Shown here: positions 8,501-17,113 of the stretch, piece after piece
How positions within the stretch are numbered: the stretch's first letter is position 1
Layout of the letters: each line of letters opens with the position of its first letter
Made by a program: the position numbers and the translations under genes
IMG/VR virus record: IMGVR_UViG_3300016457_000036
Location: 71,253-120,543 of that record
Length of the DNA: 49,291 bases
From: a virus
Taxonomy: Duplodnaviria > Heunggongvirae > Uroviricota > Caudoviricetes
Reading direction: 5' to 3' (one strand)
Notes under the pieces: generated by a model
Seen by the model: only the letters and a program-made list of their open reading frames with translations
Told to the model about the DNA's origin: nothing
Databases searched by the model: none

Positions 8501-11500
8501 TATTGTGTCTCCACTATTAAACGTAGTAGACTCTCTGCCTTCTTGGTGCGTACTATTTTTAACAGCTTCTATAACCATTAATCCTAGTGCTGTAGTAATA
8601 CTATCGGCTAATTTAGCATCCACATTACCTAGAATACTTAATCTCAAAGAACGAAGCACATTTTTACCGGCACTTTGTACGAAAGCTGACTCAGGTACTT
8701 TACCTTCAGTAAGCATATTAGAAAGCTCTGTATATGCAGCATCACTTGGATCTACTCCAAATACATCTGAGATATATCTTTCTCTCTCATCACCTTTTTT
8801 AACACTTACTTCTGCCATACTCCGCATAGTCTGTAGCATTTCTAATTTAATAGCATCTTGAATTTCAGTAGCTATGCCATCAGTAACACGCACACCACCC
8901 TTATTCATCAACTTACTAAGAAGTGCTATTGGATTAGGGAAATATTTCTGTGTCTTATTGCCATCCTTATCTGTCTCATACAGGTCAAATTCAGTCTCTT
9001 TACCATCTGCATCACGTTCTACATACTTAACAGTTACTACGCCTGTAGCCGCATTAGTTTCTACAATAGGGTATACGTTACCGATAACATCTGTATGGTC
9101 TGCAGTAACTCCCACAAGCATACGCTGATCTGTTTTAATCTCAGTATTTTGCATGATAGCATTACCTTTTTGTAAGGCTGCCATGAACGCTAATTTTTCT
9201 TCAGTTGTTCCATTTATAAAGATACGCTCTTTAATACCTTTAGGTAGTAGTGCAAGTATCTGATCTTGATTTACAAGATTACCATTTGCATCTGCTTCTG
9301 TCATCAAATCATTAATAGTCACATCGAGATCGAGAATACTTAATTTACTAGTGTCTTTATTCACTTTCAATAGGTCTGTTATATGGTTCTTTACCATCTT
9401 AACGAACGCAGCTATTTTAGAAGGATCTTTAAAGAGAGGCTTACCATCTGCTTTTTTACCTGCTTGAGCATTATCTTCGATAGCTTTGGCCATCAACTGA
9501 CTACCTGCAAGATCTTTATCCAATTCAGCCTCTAGTTGACGTTTAGTAGTCTTTAACTGCTGTGCACGTTCTAAAACAGCGAGTTCTGTAGTACGTACTA
9601 AAATACGCTTAATAACTTTTTCGATAATCGCATCTTGTTCCGCAATAGCCTTTAGTAATCTCTCATTCACTTTATCTATACGCTTCTGACGCTCTTCTCT
9701 ATTATAAGCATCTTGAGGCAGATCAATATTTGTATCGCGTATCTGCTGAAGTTCGTTAAGTTTATCTGCAGTAGTTTGAAGTACACGCTGATCATTAATC
9801 ATATTAGCAGTATGTTGTTTTATCTGCTTACTAATACCCTCAAAACTTGTTACTCTTTTACGTAATCCGATCAGCTCAGTAACTAGTTGTCTCCACTCTT
9901 TACTGTGCATGAACTTATTGACAAAAGGTTTTAAGCGATTTTCGCTTCCTCTTTGCTGATTATCCGTTCCATCTGTGTCTTGTTCTTGACCAACATCTTC
10001 TGTGCTCTCTGTAGTTTCTTTTGTGTCTGATCGAGTTTCTTCTGTACTTGTGACATCTTCTTGCTCCTGTGCTTTCTGCTCTTCATCATAAAGACGTTCT
10101 AACTCAAGTATATCTTCTACTGAGTACGACTCTTCAACTGCTTTGTCTGTCTTAAATACCTCATCTGTACCGGTAGTATCATCTTCACTGACTTCATTGT
10201 TAGCACGACTTGCTGCCTGTGCCGCCTCTGCCTGTGGATTAGGTTTACGACGATACTTATACTCTGTAGAAGGACGATTATCTGTCATCTCAGCGTACAT
10301 CTCATCGATACGAGTAATTACTTTTTGACTTGCTTTAGTTCCGGCTTTAAGTAGAGCATTTTCTAAAGTTACGCCGTCTGACCATTTACGAATAAACTCA
10401 GCAGGACCTTTCTTAAATGCGCCAATACGTGCTACTAAAGCTTGTACTTTTTCTTTGGTGGTAGTTACTTGTACTGTAGGAGTATCTGAAGCTGTAGGCT
10501 CTACATTAGCAGTAGTTTCAATAGTTCCTACATCTTCTGTAAGAGTAGTTTCTACCGGGATCTCAGTAGTTTCTACTGTCTCTTCATTTACAGGCTCGGT
10601 TTCTTCTACTATCTCTTCCTCAATATCTTCAGCTACTTCGGGCTCAGCTTCAGGAATAGGATGATTAGCATAGCCTTTAGCATAGCCTGCTTCATAGGCA
10701 TCTACAAGCTTAGTAGAGTTTGCCCCATCCATAACTTTCAGATCTTCTAACATTGCATCAGAGGTGGCTTCTGCTTCCGCTAAATCTGTATTTAATTGAT
10801 CCATATCAGGATTAGAAGTATCACGCATCTCAGCTATTATGCCTGATACACTATTACCATGATCAAAACCTCTAGTATTCGCTTCGTCTTCTGTCATGGT
10901 CGCAGGTGTTTCAGTATCTACGACAGGTGCTTCAGTAGACTCTTCTGTAATCAACTCATTATCATCAAAAGGATTAGCAGGTCTTTCAACTCCGCTTTTA
11001 CCCATATCAACACCATTCATAAAGTTTACATCACTACCTATCGCTGTGCTAGAGAAACGAGACAACATACTATCAATCTCTTGTTGTACGCCATCGAGTT
11101 CTATAAGAGCTTCTTGCCGTGCTTCAGGACTAGTATTAGGATCATTTATCTCATCACTCAAAGCTTTGTGTTCTTTACCTAAAGAGTATCCTATATCGTT
11201 AATTTCTTCAGGGATCATATTTAAGTCGCCTGACGTATTTTCATTTGCTCTGTGGGCTTTTTGCTTATCTTTAATCTCTTGAGTATTTTCATCGAGATTA
11301 AGTAGCATAGCTTGTAACTCTGTAGTAGTATCTTGTGCCGCTTTAGAACCACGCTTACTAATAGGCGCTAACATTTCAGTCTTAATAATATCTGCAATAC
11401 GCTCATTATTTTCAATGATAGTACTCATGTGTCTATCTAGCTGATAGTAACTCAATGGTACGGATTTGCCTTGTGCTTCATCCCATACTTCAGTCTTAGC

Positions 11501-14137
11501 TGTTTTTCCAATATTACGTGTCTGAAGAAACGAGTCTAGCTCTGTAAGAGGTTGTTTAGTGCTTTTACCTGTAAGCGCGGCATCAACAATACCTTGTGTA
11601 TGTTCCTTCATAGATAAGCGTCTTCTACCTAAAAACGAGAAACCTGTTTCAAAAATCTCTTTTTCTACTTGGTGAGAATTTTTATTCTTACCTACATCGT
11701 CAAGTCTTACTTCTAACTCTTGAGCTCTTTGTTGGAAATAAGCAAGATCTTCAGGAGTGTACACATCAGTATTATTACCTACAGAGCCCATACGTTGTAT
11801 TACAGCTAGTGCTTTTGCTTTAGCCGAAGTGGATAGACCTTGAATGGCATTACTATCGTCTTCATTTCTAGCCATTTGAGCAAGCTCAGGTCCTAGTGTA
11901 TCTGACAATCTACGTTCATGTAGAGTAATGAGCATATCAAGAACTTTTTGACGATTAATACCTTCTAATCCATCTAAAGCTCTTTCATATGTCTCTTCTA
12001 CTACATCCATAGTTGGAGCTGCATCTTCACCATTTCTAATACGCTCTATAGCTCTGTCATTCAACTTACTAAGTACACCGGCAGTAATCACTCCCATTGC
12101 TTCTTCATCATTAGGGTCAATTTTATTGATACGTGCAATTTTTTGTACGTTCATCTGAAGGTAGTCACGAACAGTATTCTGACCTTGTTCGTATACACCT
12201 GACTCAAGGAAACGCTTAGGATCTGCAAGCTTATTAGTAGTCTCTTCTATAATAGCATTTGTAGCAGCCCCTTGTGCCTCAACAGTATCGAATGTGTCGA
12301 AGATGCCCTCTTCTTCATCAAGAGTCATATCGGCTATTTCTATCACAGCAGAAGGACTGTACTTAGTACGATCACCCTTAACTCTTGTATCTTCTGAATT
12401 AAAAGTATCTTTTCCTAGTCCATACACTTGACCAGGTGCGCCCATGTGAACACCACCTGCGGCACCGGCTAACGTAGCACCTAGCACTTCATCAATGTTC
12501 TCTTGATTTGTAAGAATAGCGGCTAATCCGCCCGGATGTTTTTCAGTACCTAACTGCTCTGAAAGGATCTGTCCCCAATTCTGAGTAAATTCCTGAGCGG
12601 CTTCTGTCGCACCGGCAGCACTAAGACCTGCAGCTGTTTCACCTATCTTAGCTAAGAAGCGTTTCTTACCTATAAGTGTAGATGAACTGAACGCATCTTG
12701 AAGCATACGTTTACCACCATCTAAGCCGGTGATTTTTCCGAACGCAATACGATCAAGACCTAACTCTAAAACCTTCTCAGCAGTAACAGCCATGATCTCT
12801 ACCATTGTAGGTTCTTTGCCGTTATTGTTGATCTTACGTTCTTCTAATGAGTTGTTAGCTTGCTCACCTACGACTGTAAGGAAACCTGCATTACTTAGAA
12901 CCTTATGACGTAAGTTATCAGCAATACCCATACCACTAGCAATCTTTTTATCAATTTTCTCAGCACGTACTATGTTACCCGCTGCTCTTGCTTCAGTTGC
13001 ACGTGAAGCTAGTTTTCCTATTTTAGTAAACTTACCAAAACCTACAAGCATCTCAGCCATCATACCTAGTGACTCAGCAGTGATCTCAGGGTTCTTTAAT
13101 ACCTCTGTGATAGCAGATACATAGTTACCTTGTTTCCAATAGCCTGTAGCCTCTCCTAGCGTCTTGGTGGCATTAACACGATTATACCCCACCCACTTAT
13201 CGATGTTCTCTTGCTTTTTAGCATTATCTAGCCAATCGTTATTACCACCTGGTGTTAGAACATCAAGAACGAAGTCAGCAGAACTTACTCCTGCTTTAGC
13301 AAAACCTGACTGAGCTGCATCAATAACATTGTACTGACCACCATTATAGTTAGCATCGTTTGCATCACTGAGCATTTGAGAAAATGCTTGATTATTTGCT
13401 ATCTGCTCAGGTGTTGCATTTTTATTAAAGAATTGAGTATTGTATATCTCTGTGTAGCCCTTATCTAACTGTGCAGTATCTCTGATACTTTCACCGGCAG
13501 TATTAAAACCTGAGTCGTAAGTACGATCAGCTAAGTTGGCCTTATTACCATGCCACTTATTTTCCCAATCCTCCGCACCTGCGAAACCTTTTTCAGAAAG
13601 GATCTCATAGCCATCTCTAATATATTGATCTTTGTAGCGAGCTGCAGCACTTACAGGAGAGATACCTGTCTTGTAAGTATAAAGAGGATTACCTGCTTCA
13701 TCATAGCCATCATTGAGTCTGAGTTGGTACACTTTAAAACGTGCGTTAGGATCATCTTCAGCAGCATTGTATTGATTAATAAGTTCCTGTCGATGAACAA
13801 GACTTTGTTCCATAGTAGTATCAGAGTCTTCAAAGATCTTATTAGTCATACCGACTTCTTGACCTTCTACATTAGCTGTAAAATCTTTACCGCCCCATAA
13901 GTTATTTACAGTATTCCATGTAGATTTAGCTGCAAGTGTAAGATCTGAGTCACTACCGGCTTGATCGTGCTTAGCAGATAGACGTGCTTTTTTACGTTCT
14001 GCTATTTCATCAAGTGTAAGGTTTTCTTGTAGCATTGGTGCTGTCTTAGCTTCTGTAGCTGCTATAAAAGCATCAATATTATTTTCATTGCTAAAATCTG
14101 TAGGAGTAAATGAGTATGGATCGTATTTTTCAGCCAT
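5573..14137 (-). CDS. Virion-encapsidated RNA polymerase (N4 gp50-like), N-terminal and polymerase domains, 2854 aa
   Basis: T7/N4-type motifs: SGRYMIENQMMNPQNSKITR, motif A IEMDAVTSG (~7460-7483), motif B RNLMKYLVMYYIYG (Rx3Kx7YG, ~7136-7177), motif C QNIYDAY (~6155-6172); size and position match N4 vRNAP. Confidence 0.92.
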   Translation of the reverse strand: MAEKYDPYSFTPTDFSNENNIDAFIAATEAKTAPMLQENLTLDEIAERKKARLSAKHDQAGSDSDLTLAAKSTWNTVNNLWGGKDFTANVEGQEVGMTNKIFEDSDTTMEQSLVHRQELINQYNAAEDDPNARFKVYQLRLNDGYDEAGNPLYTYKTGISPVSAAARYKDQYIRDGYEILSEKGFAGAEDWENKWHGNKANLADRTYDSGFNTAGESIRDTAQLDKGYTEIYNTQFFNKNATPEQIANNQAFSQMLSDANDANYNGGQYNVIDAAQSGFAKAGVSSADFVLDVLTPGGNNDWLDNAKKQENIDKWVGYNRVNATKTLGEATGYWKQGNYVSAITEVLKNPEITAESLGMMAEMLVGFGKFTKIGKLASRATEARAAGNIVRAEKIDKKIASGMGIADNLRHKVLSNAGFLTVVGEQANNSLEERKINNNGKEPTMVEIMAVTAEKVLELGLDRIAFGKITGLDGGKRMLQDAFSSSTLIGKKRFLAKIGETAAGLSAAGATEAAQEFTQNWGQILSEQLGTEKHPGGLAAILTNQENIDEVLGATLAGAAGGVHMGAPGQVYGLGKDTFNSEDTRVKGDRTKYSPSAVIEIADMTLDEEEGIFDTFDTVEAQGAATNAIIEETTNKLADPKRFLESGVYEQGQNTVRDYLQMNVQKIARINKIDPNDEEAMGVITAGVLSKLNDRAIERIRNGEDAAPTMDVVEETYERALDGLEGINRQKVLDMLITLHERRLSDTLGPELAQMARNEDDSNAIQGLSTSAKAKALAVIQRMGSVGNNTDVYTPEDLAYFQQRAQELEVRLDDVGKNKNSHQVEKEIFETGFSFLGRRRLSMKEHTQGIVDAALTGKSTKQPLTELDSFLQTRNIGKTAKTEVWDEAQGKSVPLSYYQLDRHMSTIIENNERIADIIKTEMLAPISKRGSKAAQDTTTELQAMLLNLDENTQEIKDKQKAHRANENTSGDLNMIPEEINDIGYSLGKEHKALSDEINDPNTSPEARQEALIELDGVQQEIDSMLSRFSSTAIGSDVNFMNGVDMGKSGVERPANPFDDNELITEESTEAPVVDTETPATMTEDEANTRGFDHGNSVSGIIAEMRDTSNPDMDQLNTDLAEAEATSDAMLEDLKVMDGANSTKLVDAYEAGYAKGYANHPIPEAEPEVAEDIEEEIVEETEPVNEETVETTEIPVETTLTEDVGTIETTANVEPTASDTPTVQVTTTKEKVQALVARIGAFKKGPAEFIRKWSDGVTLENALLKAGTKASQKVITRIDEMYAEMTDNRPSTEYKYRRKPNPQAEAAQAASRANNEVSEDDTTGTDEVFKTDKAVEESYSVEDILELERLYDEEQKAQEQEDVTSTEETRSDTKETTESTEDVGQEQDTDGTDNQQRGSENRLKPFVNKFMHSKEWRQLVTELIGLRKRVTSFEGISKQIKQHTANMINDQRVLQTTADKLNELQQIRDTNIDLPQDAYNREERQKRIDKVNERLLKAIAEQDAIIEKVIKRILVRTTELAVLERAQQLKTTKRQLEAELDKDLAGSQLMAKAIEDNAQAGKKADGKPLFKDPSKIAAFVKMVKNHITDLLKVNKDTSKLSILDLDVTINDLMTEADANGNLVNQDQILALLPKGIKERIFINGTTEEKLAFMAALQKGNAIMQNTEIKTDQRMLVGVTADHTDVIGNVYPIVETNAATGVVTVKYVERDADGKETEFDLYETDKDGNKTQKYFPNPIALLSKLMNKGGVRVTDGIATEIQDAIKLEMLQTMRSMAEVSVKKGDERERYISDVFGVDPSDAAYTELSNMLTEGKVPESAFVQSAGKNVLRSLRLSILGNVDAKLADSITTALGLMVIEAVKNSTHQEGRESTTFNSGDTITISDSSADGKIVQTVRDDAPANGKHFRIMNTNLNDKTVQLITEVSSAYEYLGIDGDRTQVQLDPPADLEYGKKTYRGQSIEVAGENQVDYINAQQKLPRKFTAEFEKLFAEVKERVEYNNKNTEAKDHITINDVFYDMLLVSEEQILNKPYLKQATDVKNNAANKLIIDNMITTYQLVNQPNGDTLPFYLAWDVTVSGRYMIENQMMNPQNSKITRFIVEMEDMKSTMPVAKDGKGYDADHITMFKGAASQSLGLGIDKETSESVFKELEEKYFKLENDGTVTYPENSPIKPVVEAYKEGTEIDLSFLPTNERFHAYQLVAALAQFESAEGKAFDHSLVIEMDAVTSGMILTLLQIGTNEAMDYLKKGGIYVVDSEGNSEFKTHQQFLDEGGIDIYRTPAEIVAEELAIRNAKKAGDGYDGKTNIEKLVEAFVIKGKDKNWRNLMKYLVMYYIYGASINTIKKNAGITIGVETVSNALGQYKGMAMHDLFMVAYPNFRGQGKERSAPQGETAEQKVEREKAKILLTTILRSYNSQYAEATEGQEFNRLYTNLFANTTTPSLEDLYAQLAQGIEYKAYKSGTDFYSTKDEMPEDGRIMHTVNNLVLSQEMQASIAKQTSNAYGDIIEKAFNKAFPFLNRFREALKSVEIVNFTVFKYKLKQELEKYKAEAGTDTVQISKEDFNKILVKLSEQGYGYTSQSINEGANQDYMKYDNEAGDYVGVDGALRDGAIPFKNRVGKSGASYNKVPGMNIGANGVIDIHEIDAFLMSISDSASFQNIYDAYIMGVNMDKIVKTHGEYNGGVLHTARTHDIMGNAVAKTENSLSELIANGELKDFKKFLAEQNLTQQLSDGLSRINKDFDINEVFSILTEMDEQRSENLNKEYDVNHLQGIDTVPSVRVGKDTKKNTKYVYSKIKEVLTTIIENTKNLADANIEYNIITEDDAVVHINKALDKYLSKEQVTAYQDQLVDYMNDAC

Positions 14138-14164
14138 GTGTAAACCCTCTTTGTTATTGGGTTT

Positions 14165-14172
14165 ATTATAGC
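14165..14172 (-). promoter_or_regulatory. Candidate sigma70 -10 box (GCTATAAT) upstream of vRNAP gene
   Basis: TATAAT in the 53-nt intergenic gap, about 28 nt before ATG 14137; no TTGACA at -35. Confidence 0.5.
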
Positions 14173-14190
14173 TGAAGCAGGCTTAGAAAA

Positions 14191-16035
14191 TTAGTCCCAT
14201 TGTCCTGCATTTTTTCTAGCCTGTATTTCAGCTTTAATTTGTTTTATTTTAAGACTGTTCTCTTCTATATTTTCTTTTTTCTTCAAAGAACTTTTAAGAA
14301 CTGCAAGTTCTTTTTCTAATTGTCCTTTTTGCATTACTTTAACTTGATCTGCTGTCGCTTTTAAACGAGCATTAGTTGTTGCTTCTGCCTTAGCCTGAAG
14401 CACATTATTTGCTATCACATTAGCTGCTTGTGCTGCTTTAACTTGTTCTGTAGTAGATGTAGGATCTGACATTACATTAGAAACATAAGTGTTGTTACGT
14501 GCTATCAACTCTTGATTTGTCATAGGACGTTCTTCACCTGCTACTAAGTAGTTATCGGTATATTCAGGATTATTCTCTACTGTACTATAAAGAGCATCTT
14601 GTTCATCTGTCTGCTGCTTAGTGAAAGCTTTTTCTTTATTTCTATAGTCTTTAATATGGGCTTTTACTGCAGTATCGGTAGTTGCTTGTTTAGTAGCTTC
14701 TGCTTTAACTCTATCCATCTCTTTCTGAGCTTTTTCTAGTTTAACTTTATCTGAGTCTCCCGGAGAAAAAAGGTAATCAAGCACTTTTCCAACTAAACTA
14801 AGTTGTTTAGTGCGTTCTTCTATAGGAGTGTTACGTCTTTTAAGACCTTCATCATATCCCGTAACAGCAGAGAGAGCTTTAATAAAACCGCTTGATGCTG
14901 CTTTATCATCGGCATTATTTATTTTGTACTGCAAAGCTAACTCTTCATCAGTTTTAGGTGTGTCATAACCGGCTGCTGTTTTCTCTCTTTTCTGCTTAGC
15001 TTGTAAAGAAGTAAACTTTCCTACTATCGCTGTTTGCTGTGCAGGATTAAGTTCACGAAAACGTTTTTCCTGTGTATCCGCACCTTTAGTAGTACTCTTT
15101 TGCTGAGTAAGACTAAACTGAGCGTCAGCAAGTTCGGAAGCTGCTTTCTCTTTAGTCTGTATACGTTTCTCTTGAATATTCCATCTACGAGTAAGCTCTT
15201 TCTGCTGTTCGATAGTTTTATTCAGCATTGTCTGACGATATGTAGCAGTACGCGCTTCTCTTGCAACATCGTTTTTATCTTTTAGTTCATCACGTGTACG
15301 TTTATACTCACGTGCTTCTTTAGTCTCTTGCTTATCTTCTATACGATTAGCAGCAGTTAGTTTTATACCTGCTTTATAGCGATCATCGAGTAATTGATTA
15401 CGAGTATCTTCACGTGCATATTGAGAGATCTTCTCTTGTGTTTTAGCATCTCCACCGGAAATCGCTTTAGCACGTAAAGCAGTTGCTTCTGCGTCACGCT
15501 GTGCAATAAGAGGAGTAGCCTCTGCTGCAGCTTGACCTGCTCGTTTTTGTATCCATTGAGATTGCTCTAAAACTACACGTTCATCTTCAGTAGGCTTTAC
15601 ATTAAACTCTCTATTAAGTTTAGTAGTTTCCGCTATGAAGTTATCACGTTCTGCTCCGGGCTTCATACCTGTAGCCGACTCTGTAGCACTTTTTAAAGCA
15701 GTAGCATCTAAACGCTTTTCAATATTAAAAGCATCATCTATGATTTCAGAAGCTTTTGGTGTTAGACCTACTGTACCGGTCTTATCAATAGTGGATGTAC
15801 CATCTTTATACTCAGTAGAAATATCTTCTTTACCATAATCAGGATCTAATGAAGCACGTAAAGCTTCGGCATTAGCCTTATCTTGATCTTTTTTCTCTAC
15901 GTTTTGAATACCTGATTGTACTATAGAAGCAAGATCTCTTCCACCTCTAGCAATAATTTCAGCTACACCACTTTTAATAGGCCGAGGAGCCGGTGCTAGA
16001 TTTATTTGTTGGTATGGATTTCCGTACTTAGCCAT
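14191..16035 (-). CDS. Internal virion/ejection protein (N4 gp51 position), 614 aa
   Basis: Directly upstream of vRNAP; Ala/Lys/Gln-rich coiled-coil; no Cys. Assignment mainly by synteny. Confidence 0.65.
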   Translation of the reverse strand: MAKYGNPYQQINLAPAPRPIKSGVAEIIARGGRDLASIVQSGIQNVEKKDQDKANAEALRASLDPDYGKEDISTEYKDGTSTIDKTGTVGLTPKASEIIDDAFNIEKRLDATALKSATESATGMKPGAERDNFIAETTKLNREFNVKPTEDERVVLEQSQWIQKRAGQAAAEATPLIAQRDAEATALRAKAISGGDAKTQEKISQYAREDTRNQLLDDRYKAGIKLTAANRIEDKQETKEAREYKRTRDELKDKNDVAREARTATYRQTMLNKTIEQQKELTRRWNIQEKRIQTKEKAASELADAQFSLTQQKSTTKGADTQEKRFRELNPAQQTAIVGKFTSLQAKQKREKTAAGYDTPKTDEELALQYKINNADDKAASSGFIKALSAVTGYDEGLKRRNTPIEERTKQLSLVGKVLDYLFSPGDSDKVKLEKAQKEMDRVKAEATKQATTDTAVKAHIKDYRNKEKAFTKQQTDEQDALYSTVENNPEYTDNYLVAGEERPMTNQELIARNNTYVSNVMSDPTSTTEQVKAAQAANVIANNVLQAKAEATTNARLKATADQVKVMQKGQLEKELAVLKSSLKKKENIEENSLKIKQIKAEIQARKNAGQWD

Positions 16036-16048
16036 GACTTATCCTTTA

Positions 16049-16333
16049 TTACCCGAAGGCTTGTCCGTTTTGCCCTGTTGAGGCCCAACTTTTTTGATCT
16101 GCTACTTGTCGATTATCTACAGCAATATTTGTAGTGCCTGTATTTGTAGTGCCTGTATTTTTAGCGTTTAATCCTGCAAGAATAGCCTGTGCAGAAGCAC
16201 CTAAACCTTTAAATGCTTTTGTTGTTCTATTGAATGAAGTAGCATATGTGTTATCTTTTTTAGTTGTTGCAGCAGAACGTGCAAAGTCAAAATTATAAGG
16301 CGATACTATTTGTGGCTCATTCTGAGAAGTCAT
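16049..16333 (-). CDS. Small Cys-free hypothetical protein, possible ejection protein, 94 aa
   Basis: TAATG stop/start overlap with the upstream gene; contains a 15-nt tandem duplication (16126-16155) encoding NTGTT twice. Confidence 0.6.
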   Translation of the reverse strand: MTSQNEPQIVSPYNFDFARSAATTKKDNTYATSFNRTTKAFKGLGASAQAILAGLNAKNTGTTNTGTTNIAVDNRQVADQKSWASTGQNGQAFG

Positions 16334-17103
16334 TACTGTTCCTGTGTAGCAGTATTGTTTTGCTTAGCTGCACGTGCACGTTGAGATGCTAGTAATGCAG
16401 CTTTTTTACGTGCATCTGAGGTTGCTGTCATTTCAGCATTGTCAGCTGAAGCACTAGGAGTATTAATTGGACCACCTAAGCCTCCGCCTGATGTTAGCGT
16501 AGTTTCTGTAAGTCCTGTACGAGAGCCTGCGTCTCTTCCTGTAGACTCTTTCATAAGATAGTCAGTAAAATTAGAACCTACTGCATCTCTAGCAATTCCG
16601 ATAGTATTTACACTACCTGGTAGATCGTTTTCAGCGGCATATACAGATGGAGCACGTGAAGTACCTCCTCCACTAAAGTCATTTGCAGCGAGGACTGCCG
16701 GAGTTTCAATTCCTGTCATAGGATTAGTATACGCAGGACTAGCACTACCTCCACCTATCTGATAATCAGACGCAGTGAGAGTACTGTAATCACCTGTACC
16801 TTGTGTTTCTGTACGAGCACGTTCTCTAGCTGCGTCAAGTGCATCATAGTACTCTTGACTATCACGATCTAAAGTAGGATCTATCTGTCCTCTATACCGA
16901 GCTGTTTTACCACCTGTGATAGCGGCTAATCCGGCAAGACGGTTTTGATTCATGTTAAATTGAGCTATTTTAAGACCTGTGTCTTTATTCCACATTTCTT
17001 TTTGCTGTTTTCTAGCTGCTTCAGCTTCTTTTTGTGCCGTATACGCAGCATATGCTGTCGAAATACCGCTAATAGCTCCACCTACTCCTGCTCCAATACC
17101 CAT
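16333..17103 (-). CDS. Ejection/pilot protein (N4 gp52-like), 256 aa
   Basis: Gly/Ala-rich amphipathic N-terminus MGIGAGVGGAISGISTAYAAY followed by a helical QKEAEAARKQQKEMW segment, typical of podovirus ejection proteins; no Cys; lies between gp53-like and gp51-like genes. Confidence 0.6.
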   Translation of the reverse strand: MGIGAGVGGAISGISTAYAAYTAQKEAEAARKQQKEMWNKDTGLKIAQFNMNQNRLAGLAAITGGKTARYRGQIDPTLDRDSQEYYDALDAARERARTETQGTGDYSTLTASDYQIGGGSASPAYTNPMTGIETPAVLAANDFSGGGTSRAPSVYAAENDLPGSVNTIGIARDAVGSNFTDYLMKESTGRDAGSRTGLTETTLTSGGGLGGPINTPSASADNAEMTATSDARKKAALLASQRARAAKQNNTATQEQ

Positions 17104-17113
17104 CTCAGATCCT

